Assembly (NCBI GenBank): GCA_000320545.1 | Contig: ADNK01001131.1 | Location: 1 to 64,000 of the forward strand | DNA length: 64,000 nt | Source: Bigelowiella natans CCMP2755 | Lineage: Eukaryota; Protista; Cercozoa | Reading direction: 5' to 3' | Shown: piece by piece, positions 41,191 through 52,299 of the stretch | Layout: the number at the start of each line of letters is the position of its first letter | Position numbering within the stretch: position 1 is the first letter of the stretch | Program-made: the position numbers and the translations under genes | Notes under the pieces: model-generated | Databases searched by the model: none | What the model saw: only the letters and a program-made list of their open reading frames with translations | Told to the model about the DNA's origin: nothing

Positions 41191-44100
41191 ATGTCACAGC
41201 AGCTAGAAGAACAGCAGGACTTTGGCTCGCAGGCCGTGCAAGGGCACGAGCAGAAACAGGAAAGGAAGGGCGATACGGACGCTAAGGAAGGAGGAGGAAC
41301 ACCTCCACAGGCACCGCCGGGACCAGCACCCGGGATTAAGAAAGCAGATGCAGCAGCAGAGGCACTGGAGAACTTCTACGAGGCGGACGACGAGGACGTG
41401 GCCGCCGAAAGCAAGAAGGTCGTAATGGCATTACGAGCCTTGCGACCCAGGGCGAGCAACTACGCCAAACTGAAAGTATCGATAGAATACAAGTATCAGA
41501 CACATGATGTTTGGGCAGCTATCATGCAGGACATCATGGATTACGAAGCAGACTTACCTCCAGAGTGGGCAGCTTTGTTTAGGAACGACGGGGGTCTGGG
41601 CGCCTCGCGGGGGACGACCCAGAGCACCGTCAAGCAGCAGCAGCCGGTACAGCGGAACACCCAGTTCATGTCTGTTAAAACAGCACCGGTTATGATAACG
41701 AAATACAACGGGAAAAGAGGTGAGGCAAGGAGGTGGTGGAAGAACGCTAGGAGTATACTCTGCGACTTTACCCCTAACCCCACCGAAAACGACAAGCTCA
41801 AATGGCTAGCTATAATAAAGCAAGCCATGGACCTTTACGAGACAGGCAGGACCCGGATCAGGCAGCTAGAGAAAATACACACTACAGTTAGTGGGCTACG
41901 AGACGTTGAGGCGATAATGAAGGCTTTTGTAAATGAACAGGATGCTAACTCCCTACCCCAGGCTATTAGAAAATACAGAGCAATGATGCAGCATGAGAGA
42001 GAACCTGTTAGAGACTTTGCCACGCGCTTCCAGGATATGATCGACGAACTACATGATTTTAATTACAACACAGGTGATGATCAGGCAAGGTTTGAAGAGT
42101 TCAAGTTAAAGATAAAGGAATCCACTTACGTTACGGAGAAAGGCTACACCACGATGGAGGCAGCAGTGCAGGCTATATCCCTACGCGAGCAGGAGCAGGA
42201 CCGCAAGTTTACCAGCCCTAAGGTACCTGGCATAGGAAACATTAACGCTATTAAGCCGCAGCGAGACTGGTACAAGGACAGGGAAGGTAACCGACGTTGC
42301 GGATACTGCTCACGTAAAGGGAAACACACCGCTAAAGACTGCAGAGACAGGAAAGAAGGACGACCCAGGATGACGATCAGGCAGCTCAACGAACACTACG
42401 AGAAGTTAAAGAGAAAGAAAGGCAGAGGACAAGGATATAACAACAGCAAATGGCAAGGCAGCAACAACGGGAAGAACAATAAATATAAGAACAAAAAGCA
42501 GAACAGTATCAATGCTATACAGCAGCAGATAAACGGAATATTAGATCACCTTAAGCAGGCGCCGACGAAGACAGCAGTACCAGCAACGCAGGACCAAGAC
42601 AAGCCCATGACCCTAGACGACATAAAGAACTTAGGAGTATGCAACATTAATGACGAAGACGCTAACAGGACTATCAAAGTTGCTATGACCAAGGTTAAAG
42701 TTAAAGACAGCTACGGAGACTACAAGAAACTACCTGCCCTTTGGGATAGTGGCAGCATGCCGAAGTCCTTCATAAGCCTAAGCACAGTAAGAAGGTTAGG
42801 ACTATTGGATCAAGTGACTAAGAAAGAACGTAAATATGCTCAAGCAGACGGAAGCTCTTCCATGAAGACCGTCGGTGAGCTAATGCTAAAGCTACAGATA
42901 CCTGGCAGCGACGCGGAGACCCAAATCAAGACCCGAGTAGCCATGACTTTATCCATGGAACTACTCCTCGGACAGGATGCCCTAGAAAAATTAGGGGGGA
43001 TCATATCATTCTACAATCACAAGATATACTTTGCTAAGTTGCCAAAGAAGTCAGGCAGGACCATCAGCCAGAACATGATACGGCTTGACGAGTGGACCTC
43101 TGAGTCAAGCGTTAATGCGTTAGAGTTTATGGACCTAGCGGACAACAAGCTACCTACACCTACCGAGCTACGGAAGAAGAACCCCGGCAAGACCATCCGA
43201 CAGATAACGGAGCTACTGGACAAGACCCCCCCAGCTGATGATTGGGATATCGACAAAGGCAAAAAGTACATTAATAAAATATTAAACGAGAAGTACTCTG
43301 ACATCACCAAGCCGACGACGAAGCCCTCCAGCAAGCTTACCCCAGTAAAGATCGAGCTAAAGAAGGGATACGAAGAGTGCATCATCAATGACCCAGAACA
43401 TAGGCGACCGGAAGCGGACTGGGAAAAGATAGAGTGGCAGATCAATGAATGGGCAAAGGAAGGGAAGATAGAGCCAAGCAACTCACCATGGAACGTGAGA
43501 CATGTGCTAGCTAAGAAACCTACTTACCCTTTCTTCCGCCTGGCGCACAACTTCATCCGCCACAACCGAGTAATAAAGAGGATCCAGACACCTACACCAA
43601 GGATAGATGACGTTATTGAACACGTCATAGGATACAAATACTACTCTTCCCTAGATAAAAATGAATCATACATGCAGACACCCATCCACAAAACCTCCCG
43701 CCCCATTACCGCGTTCTCCAGCAGGCACAGGAAGTGGCACTTCGTCGTATTCCCTTACGGCCTAAGCATATCAGGGGATGCGTTCAGTAGTCAGAACTAC
43801 AGGGCATACACACATGATGGGATGGCGTCTGTGTTGTGGGTGTTTGTGTTTGTGTATGTGGATGATGACATAATATGTACCAACACAGTCGTCGCTCAGA
43901 TCTTCCTCCTGGAAAATATATTTATTAGGTTTGCACACTTCGGTTTTACTATTAGACTGCAGAAGTGTACATTCCTAGCTACAAGAATCAAGTGGTGTGG
44001 ATATTACCTGGAGCAAGGCCGCATCACCCCAAACCCCGAGAAAGTAGCAGCACTACAGCAAGCCCCTAAACCTAAGAATGCAAAGGAGTTAAAGTCATTC

Positions 44101-44238
44101 TTGCAGACTGCAGCTTGGATACTACGTAGGTTCTCCCCTACCTACGCTAGGACTGCAGCTGCTTTTACTACTGCTTACCGGAAGGAGAACTCTGTAGGCC
44201 TCAGCTTCGCTAAGTGTGGGGCCAAGGCTGGCCTTTGA
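41191..44238 (+). CDS. Gag-protease-reverse transcriptase polyprotein (1015 aa)
   Basis: Gag Q...E.V.DF..RF motif, zinc knuckle CGYCSRKGKHTAKDC, protease ALWDSGS, RT SPWN / LDKNESYMQ / FPYGL / YVDD. Confidence 0.95.
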   Translation: MSQQLEEQQDFGSQAVQGHEQKQERKGDTDAKEGGGTPPQAPPGPAPGIKKADAAAEALENFYEADDEDVAAESKKVVMALRALRPRASNYAKLKVSIEYKYQTHDVWAAIMQDIMDYEADLPPEWAALFRNDGGLGASRGTTQSTVKQQQPVQRNTQFMSVKTAPVMITKYNGKRGEARRWWKNARSILCDFTPNPTENDKLKWLAIIKQAMDLYETGRTRIRQLEKIHTTVSGLRDVEAIMKAFVNEQDANSLPQAIRKYRAMMQHEREPVRDFATRFQDMIDELHDFNYNTGDDQARFEEFKLKIKESTYVTEKGYTTMEAAVQAISLREQEQDRKFTSPKVPGIGNINAIKPQRDWYKDREGNRRCGYCSRKGKHTAKDCRDRKEGRPRMTIRQLNEHYEKLKRKKGRGQGYNNSKWQGSNNGKNNKYKNKKQNSINAIQQQINGILDHLKQAPTKTAVPATQDQDKPMTLDDIKNLGVCNINDEDANRTIKVAMTKVKVKDSYGDYKKLPALWDSGSMPKSFISLSTVRRLGLLDQVTKKERKYAQADGSSSMKTVGELMLKLQIPGSDAETQIKTRVAMTLSMELLLGQDALEKLGGIISFYNHKIYFAKLPKKSGRTISQNMIRLDEWTSESSVNALEFMDLADNKLPTPTELRKKNPGKTIRQITELLDKTPPADDWDIDKGKKYINKILNEKYSDITKPTTKPSSKLTPVKIELKKGYEECIINDPEHRRPEADWEKIEWQINEWAKEGKIEPSNSPWNVRHVLAKKPTYPFFRLAHNFIRHNRVIKRIQTPTPRIDDVIEHVIGYKYYSSLDKNESYMQTPIHKTSRPITAFSSRHRKWHFVVFPYGLSISGDAFSSQNYRAYTHDGMASVLWVFVFVYVDDDIICTNTVVAQIFLLENIFIRFAHFGFTIRLQKCTFLATRIKWCGYYLEQGRITPNPEKVAALQQAPKPKNAKELKSFLQTAAWILRRFSPTYARTAAAFTTAYRKENSVGLSFAKCGAKAGL

Positions 44239-46165
44239 TGCCCACTTCGATAACCTAATAAAGTTATGCAGCAACACCCTATTGAATGCTAAGCTAGACA
44301 CTACTAGACCAGCTACCCTATGGACAGACTGGTCTAAGCTAGGTATGGCTGCTGTACTTACCCAAGACCAGCAGATCATACGGGTGTGGGGCAGGGCCTG
44401 CACAGCAGCTGAGGCCAAGTACAGCCCTACAAAAGGAGAGTATAAAGCCATGACTGAGGCGCAGAGGAAACTAAGATACTACCTGCTGTCGGTGCCCAGC
44501 TTCACCTTAATGACTGACCACAAGCCCCTCCTAGGCATCGACCGCAAGCTCGAAGCGCCTAACGATGAGTATGCAGCTATGAGGGCGGACACGGAAGAGT
44601 TTAGGGACAAGAGGACAGTGGTCTACGCACCAGGAGACAAGCAGCTTGCTGACTATTTCAGCAGGCTGTTCGAAAAGAAAGTCCCTACCCAGGTCACCCC
44701 TATGGTTAACGCGATTACCTTCGAGGACGGCGACTTCCTGCCTGAGCCAGAGGAGCTCCAGCACCTTCAAGAACACCTGGATAAATACAAACACAAGCAT
44801 GAGGTACTTAGTGATAGGATATATGTATACACTAATAATGTTAGGCGTACCTACGTGCCACGGCGGACCAGGGGAGCCCTTCTCTTTACCGCCCATGGAC
44901 CTGCACACGTAGGAGAAAACCATATCACTGCTCTACTCTACCATTACTACTGGCCCTACAAGCTAAAAGAGATAAGGACATACCTGCGTGGCTGCAGGTG
45001 CTCCAGCTTGAAGGCGGCAGGCGTCGCCACCAAGGAGTCCAGCAAGAGCCGTGCATCTAAGAAAATCAAAGCAAGGAACTTCTTAGATATCGTGCAAATT
45101 GATGTTTATAAGTACGATGGCTATCACTACCTTACCTTCGTTGATGTGGCCACTGGAAAGTGCTGGGTTAAAAAGATTATCAAGGTCAACGTTGCTAAGA
45201 AGAACAAAGGCTTATATAAGCAGAGGCTTACTAACTGCTACCGTACCTGGGAGTCTGAGCTCCAGGCTATCCCTGATGAAGTTAGCATAAACAAGATACC
45301 AAAGAAGTTACATGTGGATAATGAGACCTCTCTTCTACAGCTACCACACCCTAATATTGATGCCTCACCTGTATACTATGCCCAGTCCAACTCCAAGGTA
45401 GAGCGACTCCACCGCACCTTGGCCAACCTAAGCAGGATAAATAGCACCACACCAGACAAGATACAAGGGTTAGTAAACGACACCTTCACGTCTGGGGGAG
45501 GTATCAAGGATAAGGAGAGGGAAGAAGGCGACGACAACGACGACGATACCGAGAGCGAAGACGAGAAGGTCCCGTACGATGGCCGAGTTCTAAAGGAAGG
45601 ACAGTATGTTAGGGCCAAGGTAAATCTGAGATCGAGAAATAAACAAGACCCCTTCTGGGGTGGCGTTGCAAAGGTTACCGAGAGGAAGGGGAGGAAGCAG
45701 TACTACATCTATGATGGGAACAGGGTCACCTTGCGCCACATCAGTCACCTAAAGAATTATGATATCGGTGAGAAGCTCCTAGAGGATGTTAAAGTAAACC
45801 CTACTGTGTGGGAGCGAGCAATGCCTTGTTTAGGACCCCGACCTAAGTTCGATGTGGAATATGGAAACAATAAGGTCAGGGTGAACGACGATTGGCGCAT
45901 GAAGATTGTCTATCTAGGCTACCCTGGATTACGAAATATGGAGAGGGTAGCTATGAAAATAAAGGACGGAAAATATCAGCTACTCTACCTAGCTGTTCCC
46001 GACTTACCCTTTGAGCACTGGTATAAGGTCCTGGGGGACCTTGATGCAGAGGGCTGGTATGGACACGAACCTAAGGACGAAGGTGAGTTCTGGGTAAGCG
46101 ACAAAGGAGATAAGGTTAGAGAGGAATCTATTACCTGGTGGTTGGTGAAGTTCCGAAAGCGATGA
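44216..46165 (+). CDS. RNase H-integrase-SH3-like fold plus methyltransferase-like C-terminal domain (+1 frame relative to ORF1)
   Basis: RH: WTDWS, YSPTKGE, TDHKPL, ADYFSR. IN: AHGPAH...CRC, QID, HVDNE, SNSKVER. SH3-like: GQYV...WGGVAKV...HISHLK. Confidence 0.93.
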   Translation: MGPRLAFDAHFDNLIKLCSNTLLNAKLDTTRPATLWTDWSKLGMAAVLTQDQQIIRVWGRACTAAEAKYSPTKGEYKAMTEAQRKLRYYLLSVPSFTLMTDHKPLLGIDRKLEAPNDEYAAMRADTEEFRDKRTVVYAPGDKQLADYFSRLFEKKVPTQVTPMVNAITFEDGDFLPEPEELQHLQEHLDKYKHKHEVLSDRIYVYTNNVRRTYVPRRTRGALLFTAHGPAHVGENHITALLYHYYWPYKLKEIRTYLRGCRCSSLKAAGVATKESSKSRASKKIKARNFLDIVQIDVYKYDGYHYLTFVDVATGKCWVKKIIKVNVAKKNKGLYKQRLTNCYRTWESELQAIPDEVSINKIPKKLHVDNETSLLQLPHPNIDASPVYYAQSNSKVERLHRTLANLSRINSTTPDKIQGLVNDTFTSGGGIKDKEREEGDDNDDDTESEDEKVPYDGRVLKEGQYVRAKVNLRSRNKQDPFWGGVAKVTERKGRKQYYIYDGNRVTLRHISHLKNYDIGEKLLEDVKVNPTVWERAMPCLGPRPKFDVEYGNNKVRVNDDWRMKIVYLGYPGLRNMERVAMKIKDGKYQLLYLAVPDLPFEHWYKVLGDLDAEGWYGHEPKDEGEFWVSDKGDKVREESITWWLVKFRKR

Positions 46166-46208
46166 AGGTCTAAGGGAATAAGGAAGGAAGGAAGGAGCAA
46201 CGTGACTT

Positions 46209-46216
46209 GGGGGAGG
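46209..46216 (+). promoter_or_regulatory. Polypurine tract GGGGGAGG
   Basis: Immediately precedes the TG of the 3' LTR. Confidence 0.85.
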
Positions 46217-46542
46217 TGTAGCGCGTACCACTACGCGGGCACAAGTCACGTGCGACAACAAAGGGGTTGTCGCGGATATAGAATATAGATAACGTAGATA
46301 TTAATACAGCATAGGCACGTGGGTTCCGGCGGGACTCATGGCAGCACACCGGAAGTGTGCTGCCCCACGTGCGGCGGCATTCGCGAAAGCTTCGCGAATG
46401 ATTACGCAGTGCACGATTTAATAAAAATATAATCTTTAATAAAAATAAACACAACTCTTCAAAAGGAAGCAAACGTGCCTTTCCCCCCCCCTGCCTACTT
46501 GTGCACGTAGCGCCTCGGCCTGTGAACACCTTACGCGCAACA
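46217..46542 (+). repeat. 3' LTR
   Basis: Same length (326 bp) as the 5' LTR; no mismatch found by eye, including the C9 run. Confidence 0.95.
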
Positions 46543-46715
46543 GCCACGCTGTTTGGCCAGCTGCAGCTGTGTGAAGCAACGTGCTAGCATGGTTCACCAG
46601 TCTGGCAGTTCAGTGCACCTTGTCATCCATTGTGTTGCACGGTGCAGTCTAGCAGTGGTAGCAGTGGTGCGAATTCAGATGTGGTCCCACCCCTCGGCCG
46701 CCCGGGCCCACCGCC

Positions 46716-47005
46716 GTCAGTTGGTTGGCCAGTCAGTCACTCCATTCGCATGTGCATCCTTGACTTCGTTTGGGTTCAATGATCATCATTGCGAGTGGAT
46801 GTGCGAACAGACGCACGCATTTGTTGTTGTTGTTGGCGTTGGTTAGTTAATTATTTAGTTAGTTCTGTTCGCATCCTTGACTTCCCAGCTATGTTTTTCA
46901 CCGATTAATAATAAGTGATTTTCATAGTGGATGTTGTTAGTTAGTTAGTTAGTTATTCTGTTCGCGCCCTTGACTTCCCAGCTATGTTGTTACACCGAAG
47001 TGATT
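46716..47005. repeat. Two intact copies and one TpA-converted copy of the (GTTA)n-TTCTGTTCGCATCCTTGACTTCCCAGC repeat
   Basis: Intact cores at 46863 and 46956; degenerate copy at 46716-46767. Confidence 0.8.
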
Positions 47006-47078
47006 TTGTTGCTGCTGCTGCTTGTGGTTTAGCACCAAAAAAACCTCTAGGAAGGATCAAACAAGTGCAGCATGATGT

Positions 47079-47124
<46 letters not shown>

Positions 47125-47288
47125 ATTGGCAGAATGTTGCTTAGTTTTTTATGCTATTTTGTTAGTAGTATTTCCGATAATAGATAGACTAGATCTTGCG
47201 GTAGTAAATTAGTGCCAACAGCAGCAACACAAACAACAACGTGAACGAACTTGCGTAGGGAGGAGGCGTCTTCGTGGTTCGTGTGTTC

Positions 47289-47848
47289 ATGGCTACGACG
47301 ATACCAACAGGCCGTGGCGGTGCTGGTGGTGGTAGCGGTGACGTGTGCACATCACCGGCATCGGATATGACAAGCATCCTCTTGGACCCTGCTCTTGATG
47401 ATTGCCAGCAAAGTAAGTGTATCTTCGCCGCCTTCTATGTTTTGCTGTTGCTCAATGCATCGACTACACAGGGATCCTGAGGGACTTCGCAGATGAGAAA
47501 TTTGACGAGCGCACATATATGGAAAAAGTGATGGGATCTGGTGGTGCTTCTGAGCTCCTGGACAATCTCACAGTTATCATCCAGGTCCTCCTGTCATTGC
47601 CGCTTTGAACTGCTCAATTAAGTGAATACATCTTCTTCATCGACAATAATGTGATGTGATGCACAACTCAAATTGTAGAATATCTCCTGCAAAATCCACT
47701 CGCATGTTGGCTCCCAGCACTCTCAAATTTTGAGCCAAGTAAGTCGTAACAGTTGGGTAGTACTCGCTGTTTATCTCTCACCATTCATTCATTCCACCAC
47801 CGTTTATTTGTCACCAGCAGATAGATCAGCAATAATAATAATAATAAT

Positions 47849-47886
<38 letters not shown>

Positions 47887-49817
47887 ATAGCAGCAGCATC
47901 AATCTCATCGTCAACACTGGCTTCTTTACCAAAAAACGTCTTTACCCTTTTTCAGGCCGAGCGAATACGTGATATCGATAAACATTTGGAGGTAGTTTAG
48001 ATGGAAAATAGTGTATAATAAGCAATTCAAGCCCTGTTATAATTTCCGACAGTTTGTTCGTTCCTGTAAATATTTTTATCTTCTTCTTCTTCTTTATCCG
48101 TACCTTCTTCCCATCATCTATTAAATACATAAGAATCAATTTAAGTTCGGAATACTCCTACTGTGTTTATGGAGTAAGCCCTGTCTATCATCACTATCAT
48201 TATCATTATCATTATCATTCTTATCATCCCCATTTTCATCATCGTATCACCCTTATTTTTAACCTATTTCGTTAGAACGTCAAGAGACGCGTTGTAGATT
48301 TGTCGCATATCTTCAAAGTATCTAAGCAGCGCGTTATAAAGCCTTACAAGGAGCTCAAGCATAAAGTGGCCCAACTAGAGTTCCTTCAAATAGCCAACCG
48401 CCTATCAGTGCAAACACTGAGAGTCGTGACAAAATCGCACAAGCTTCGTTCTCAATTGCGTGTAATGGAGGAGGCGTCTAGGGCAAAAGTAGTAGGTAGT
48501 ACTGTTGGACGGGAGAGCGTCAAGGCAGCAAGGTTGATTCGTGATGTGAATGAGGTATTTGATGAGACGGACCTGTCGGGTATCGACGTCGTTGAGCATC
48601 TAAAACCCTTAATCACGACCGCTACTAAACGCGTATCACAACTTTCAAAAGAACGTTTTATCAAGGCTGTAAAGGCCCTGAATCAGTCAGAGATAGGCTC
48701 ATTTCTTCAGTGCTTTTACTTCCTTGGTGATCTCCACGATCAAGTGGATAAGGCAGTGGTCAACATCACATCAAAGGCCGTCATACGCGTGCGTGAGGCT
48801 CTAGATGTTTCGCGCATTGGTGATATGTCCAAAGTACAGCAGCAGCAGCAGCAGTCGGGATCATCATCGTCGTCTACCATTGTTTCTTCCAAAGATGGAG
48901 GAGGGAAAGTACACCCCACCAGCAATTCACTACCCACGTCAAGGCAAAATGACAAAAACACAGCTTCTTCATTATCATCAACAACAACTACAACTTCTTC
49001 TTCTTCTTCTTCTTCTTCAATGGGAGGAGCTCTACGTTCTGCTCTATGGAAGAGACTTGATGTCGCACTACAAGGCTTGTTTGATGCTGGCGTGGCTGTG
49101 TACAACCTGCAGCAAGTCCTCATTAAAAAAAGGTGTTAATGCCATGCTGGTTACCTTAGCATGGTATCAGTGATGGTGGTAGTGACTTGTTATCTTCTTC
49201 TTCTTCTTTTATATATGTATTTAAATCAGGGATTCTACTTCGTACGAGTCCTTCTTTCACGTGTATTTGCGGAGCAAGCTATCAGCAGGAGGAGGGGGAG
49301 TAGAAGATGAGAAGACCTCAAGACGACCATCAGCAGCAGCTACATCATCGATTGCCCATCCTAACAAGAACGATGGAAAGCATCATACGAAGAAGAACAA
49401 CAACATCATTTCCTCCTCCCATTCCTCAAGCTCCTCGCTTGTGAAGAGATTCTGGGATTCAATGATAAAGGCACGATGATGAAGCGTGTAGTAGTAGAAG
49501 TAGTAGTAGTTGTTGTTGTAGCTGTTATTGCTGCAGCTCGCATCGCTTTGTCTCACTATAGGAAGAACGTCTCCTTCTAATAGTATTCCATTATACCGTG
49601 TTCATTCCTTCCTTCCTCTCTTGTGCTACTGCTGCTGTTGCTGGCTTAGGGTGTGAGGGAAGAGCTTAATCGTTCATATGCAATGAGTACCTTCATTCGA
49701 AAGGTAGTCTAGATGGATGATGGGATATCTTCAACAACAACAATGATGATGATGATGATGAACGATGATGCTTTTTTTTATTGTTACCTCTACGTTACTT
49801 TATAGATGTTGTCCTTT

Positions 49818-49852
<35 letters not shown>

Positions 49853-50085
49853 AAGGTTGTGGTTTCCGAGTACCCCCGTCTCCTGTATCTTTTCCACGGT
49901 TTGTTAAAACGACTAAGCCATGCTACGAGGAGGAGGAACAACCGTCGCCACGTTGACGGTATGATGATGATCATGATGATGATGATGATGATGATGATAA
50001 TGATCATGATAATGATGATCATGATGATGATGATAATGATCACACCTTCTGCAGTAAGGATCATCACCGTTAACAAGACCTAAGC

Positions 50086-50151
<66 letters not shown>

Positions 50152-50233
50152 AGTATATATATAATATCCCTCCACCCCCTCTCTCTCTATTTTCTTTGCT
50201 TCATCATTTATCCCTCCTTTCTCACATACTATA

Positions 50234-50277
<44 letters not shown>

Positions 50278-51885
50278 GTGTGTGTGTGTGTGTACGTCGT
50301 CAAACTTCGCAGGTTTTTCTATGTTAAAGCATCATTCGAAACGCCGACAGTCGCTTTTAATGGCGGCAGCAGCAGCAGCAGGGGGGGGGGGAGGAGATTC
50401 GTTATCATCATCATCTTCTTCTTCTTCTTCTTTGCCCCATAGGTCAACTATTGATAGCAGCAAATTTCGTAGTTCAGTCACAACAACAACAACAACAACA
50501 ACGACAATTACAACAACTGCAGCAGCTTCAAGTATCACTAATACAACTGATGTTTGGCGACAGTACCAGCAATGATGGGAAAAGCAAGCTTCAGCAACAA
50601 GAAAACCAAGAATCAAACAAGGCACCAGCACTAAACGCAAAGTCCCCATCTTCTGCTCTTTCTTCTCCCAGTAGTAGTGCGTGGGAGGATGATGATCACG
50701 ACGACTTGGAGGGGGGGACCGATGGTGGAGTGGCCTTCATGGACATCAAACTCAAAACCTTGCTCAGTGAGTGTAAAGGACAAAAAGAAGATAAAGATAG
50801 TGATGAGGAGGAGGACGACGATGATGATGAGGATGATGATGATGATGATGATAATGATGAAGATACAGAGGAAGAGTAGGAGATCTTACGAGCACTTTCA
50901 GTACCAATTATCATCATTAAAACTTATCTTATGACTAATATTATCATGCACTTCTCCCCCCCCCTTCTCCTTGTTGTTCTTAGGTACATATGAGCTAGCG
51001 TATCTCAAAGTCGTGATTGCAAGACTGAATCATCCGGTAGTATACTTGTTGTTACTATCACATCATCATCACAATGTGTATAATGTTGTTAAGGAAGAGA
51101 GATGTAAAGAAGTCCTCCTCCCATTACTATCAACATCGTTTGTCCCTGATGGGGGCAGGATAGATGTATTATCATTACTGTTGTTCATCCTGTTTCACCA
51201 CCATAATTCAACGTAACAAAGCCAACACTAACAACACTCCTGATCGCAACAGATAAAGACAATGTTTGCAAGTGTAAGCAGCGGTAAATATTTTGCGAAT
51301 AATCACTAATCATCAATGGAAGAAGAACCGTATGATGTACGATGTATAAATAGCAGCAGCAACAACATTAAATTAGTAGATTGATTAATAACTACATGCT
51401 CCTGAGTGCTGTTGTTATTTAGATACTCACCATCACTCGTTGTGGTGTATCTATCTATTTCTCTTATTTGTCTTTAACATTGTTATTTACTGCTGGTGCT
51501 GCTGATTTTCATTTGTTTATTCATTTTATTAATCTGTTATTACTGTGTATTAGGGCGATATCCCACTGATGCAGATGCTGATCTTTTCGTGAACACGCTG
51601 AATGTAACATCATCATCATCATCATCATCATCACCACCTTCAACAACAACAACAACAACAACAACAACCTATTCCTCATCATCGTCTTACCAGCATTACT
51701 AGTAGTATACGCTAATAATATCTGAAAAAGTTATTTATATTAGTAGTGTTACTTTGTTCTTGTTGTTGTTGTTTTGATTTGTTCTGATCTAGAGCACCAT
51801 TGCTAACGTGCGCGTATCGTCTGAAGAACTGATAGTACAAGTGGCAAACAGAAGTCAGTACATATATATTTAGATAGTGTGTGAA

Positions 51886-51919
<34 letters not shown>

Positions 51920-52264
51920 CTTAGATATAGCTAGTGTAAATACGAGTAGCAGCGACAGCAGTGTACAATCACTGATGATGATATTTATTATGATTAATAT
52001 TATTATTATTACTGATGCAACAATGCATGCTGCAGTGAAACAGGCAATAAACTTGTTACTGGCAAATGCTGAGGACCAGGTAGTAGTAGTAGTAGTAGTA
52101 GTAGTAGCAGCAGCAGAGCAGTAGCAGTACCCTCCATGCTTATGATCTTTCTTATTAGGATCATCCTCATATACTGTTATCCATTAGTTGTTGCATTATC
52201 TCCTTCTACACTGTAGTAGTAGTAGTAGTAGTAGTAGTACTAGTAGTAGTAGCTAATGGCTGCA

Positions 52265-52299
<35 letters not shown>

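Larger units (their letters stand above)
40826..46542 (+). mobile_element. Full-length, very recent Ty3/Gypsy LTR retrotransposon (5717 bp)
   Basis: 326-bp TG...CA LTRs that appear identical; 4-bp TSD GCCA (40822-40825 and 46543-46546); PBS; PPT; domain order Gag-PR-RT-RH-IN. Confidence 0.97.
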
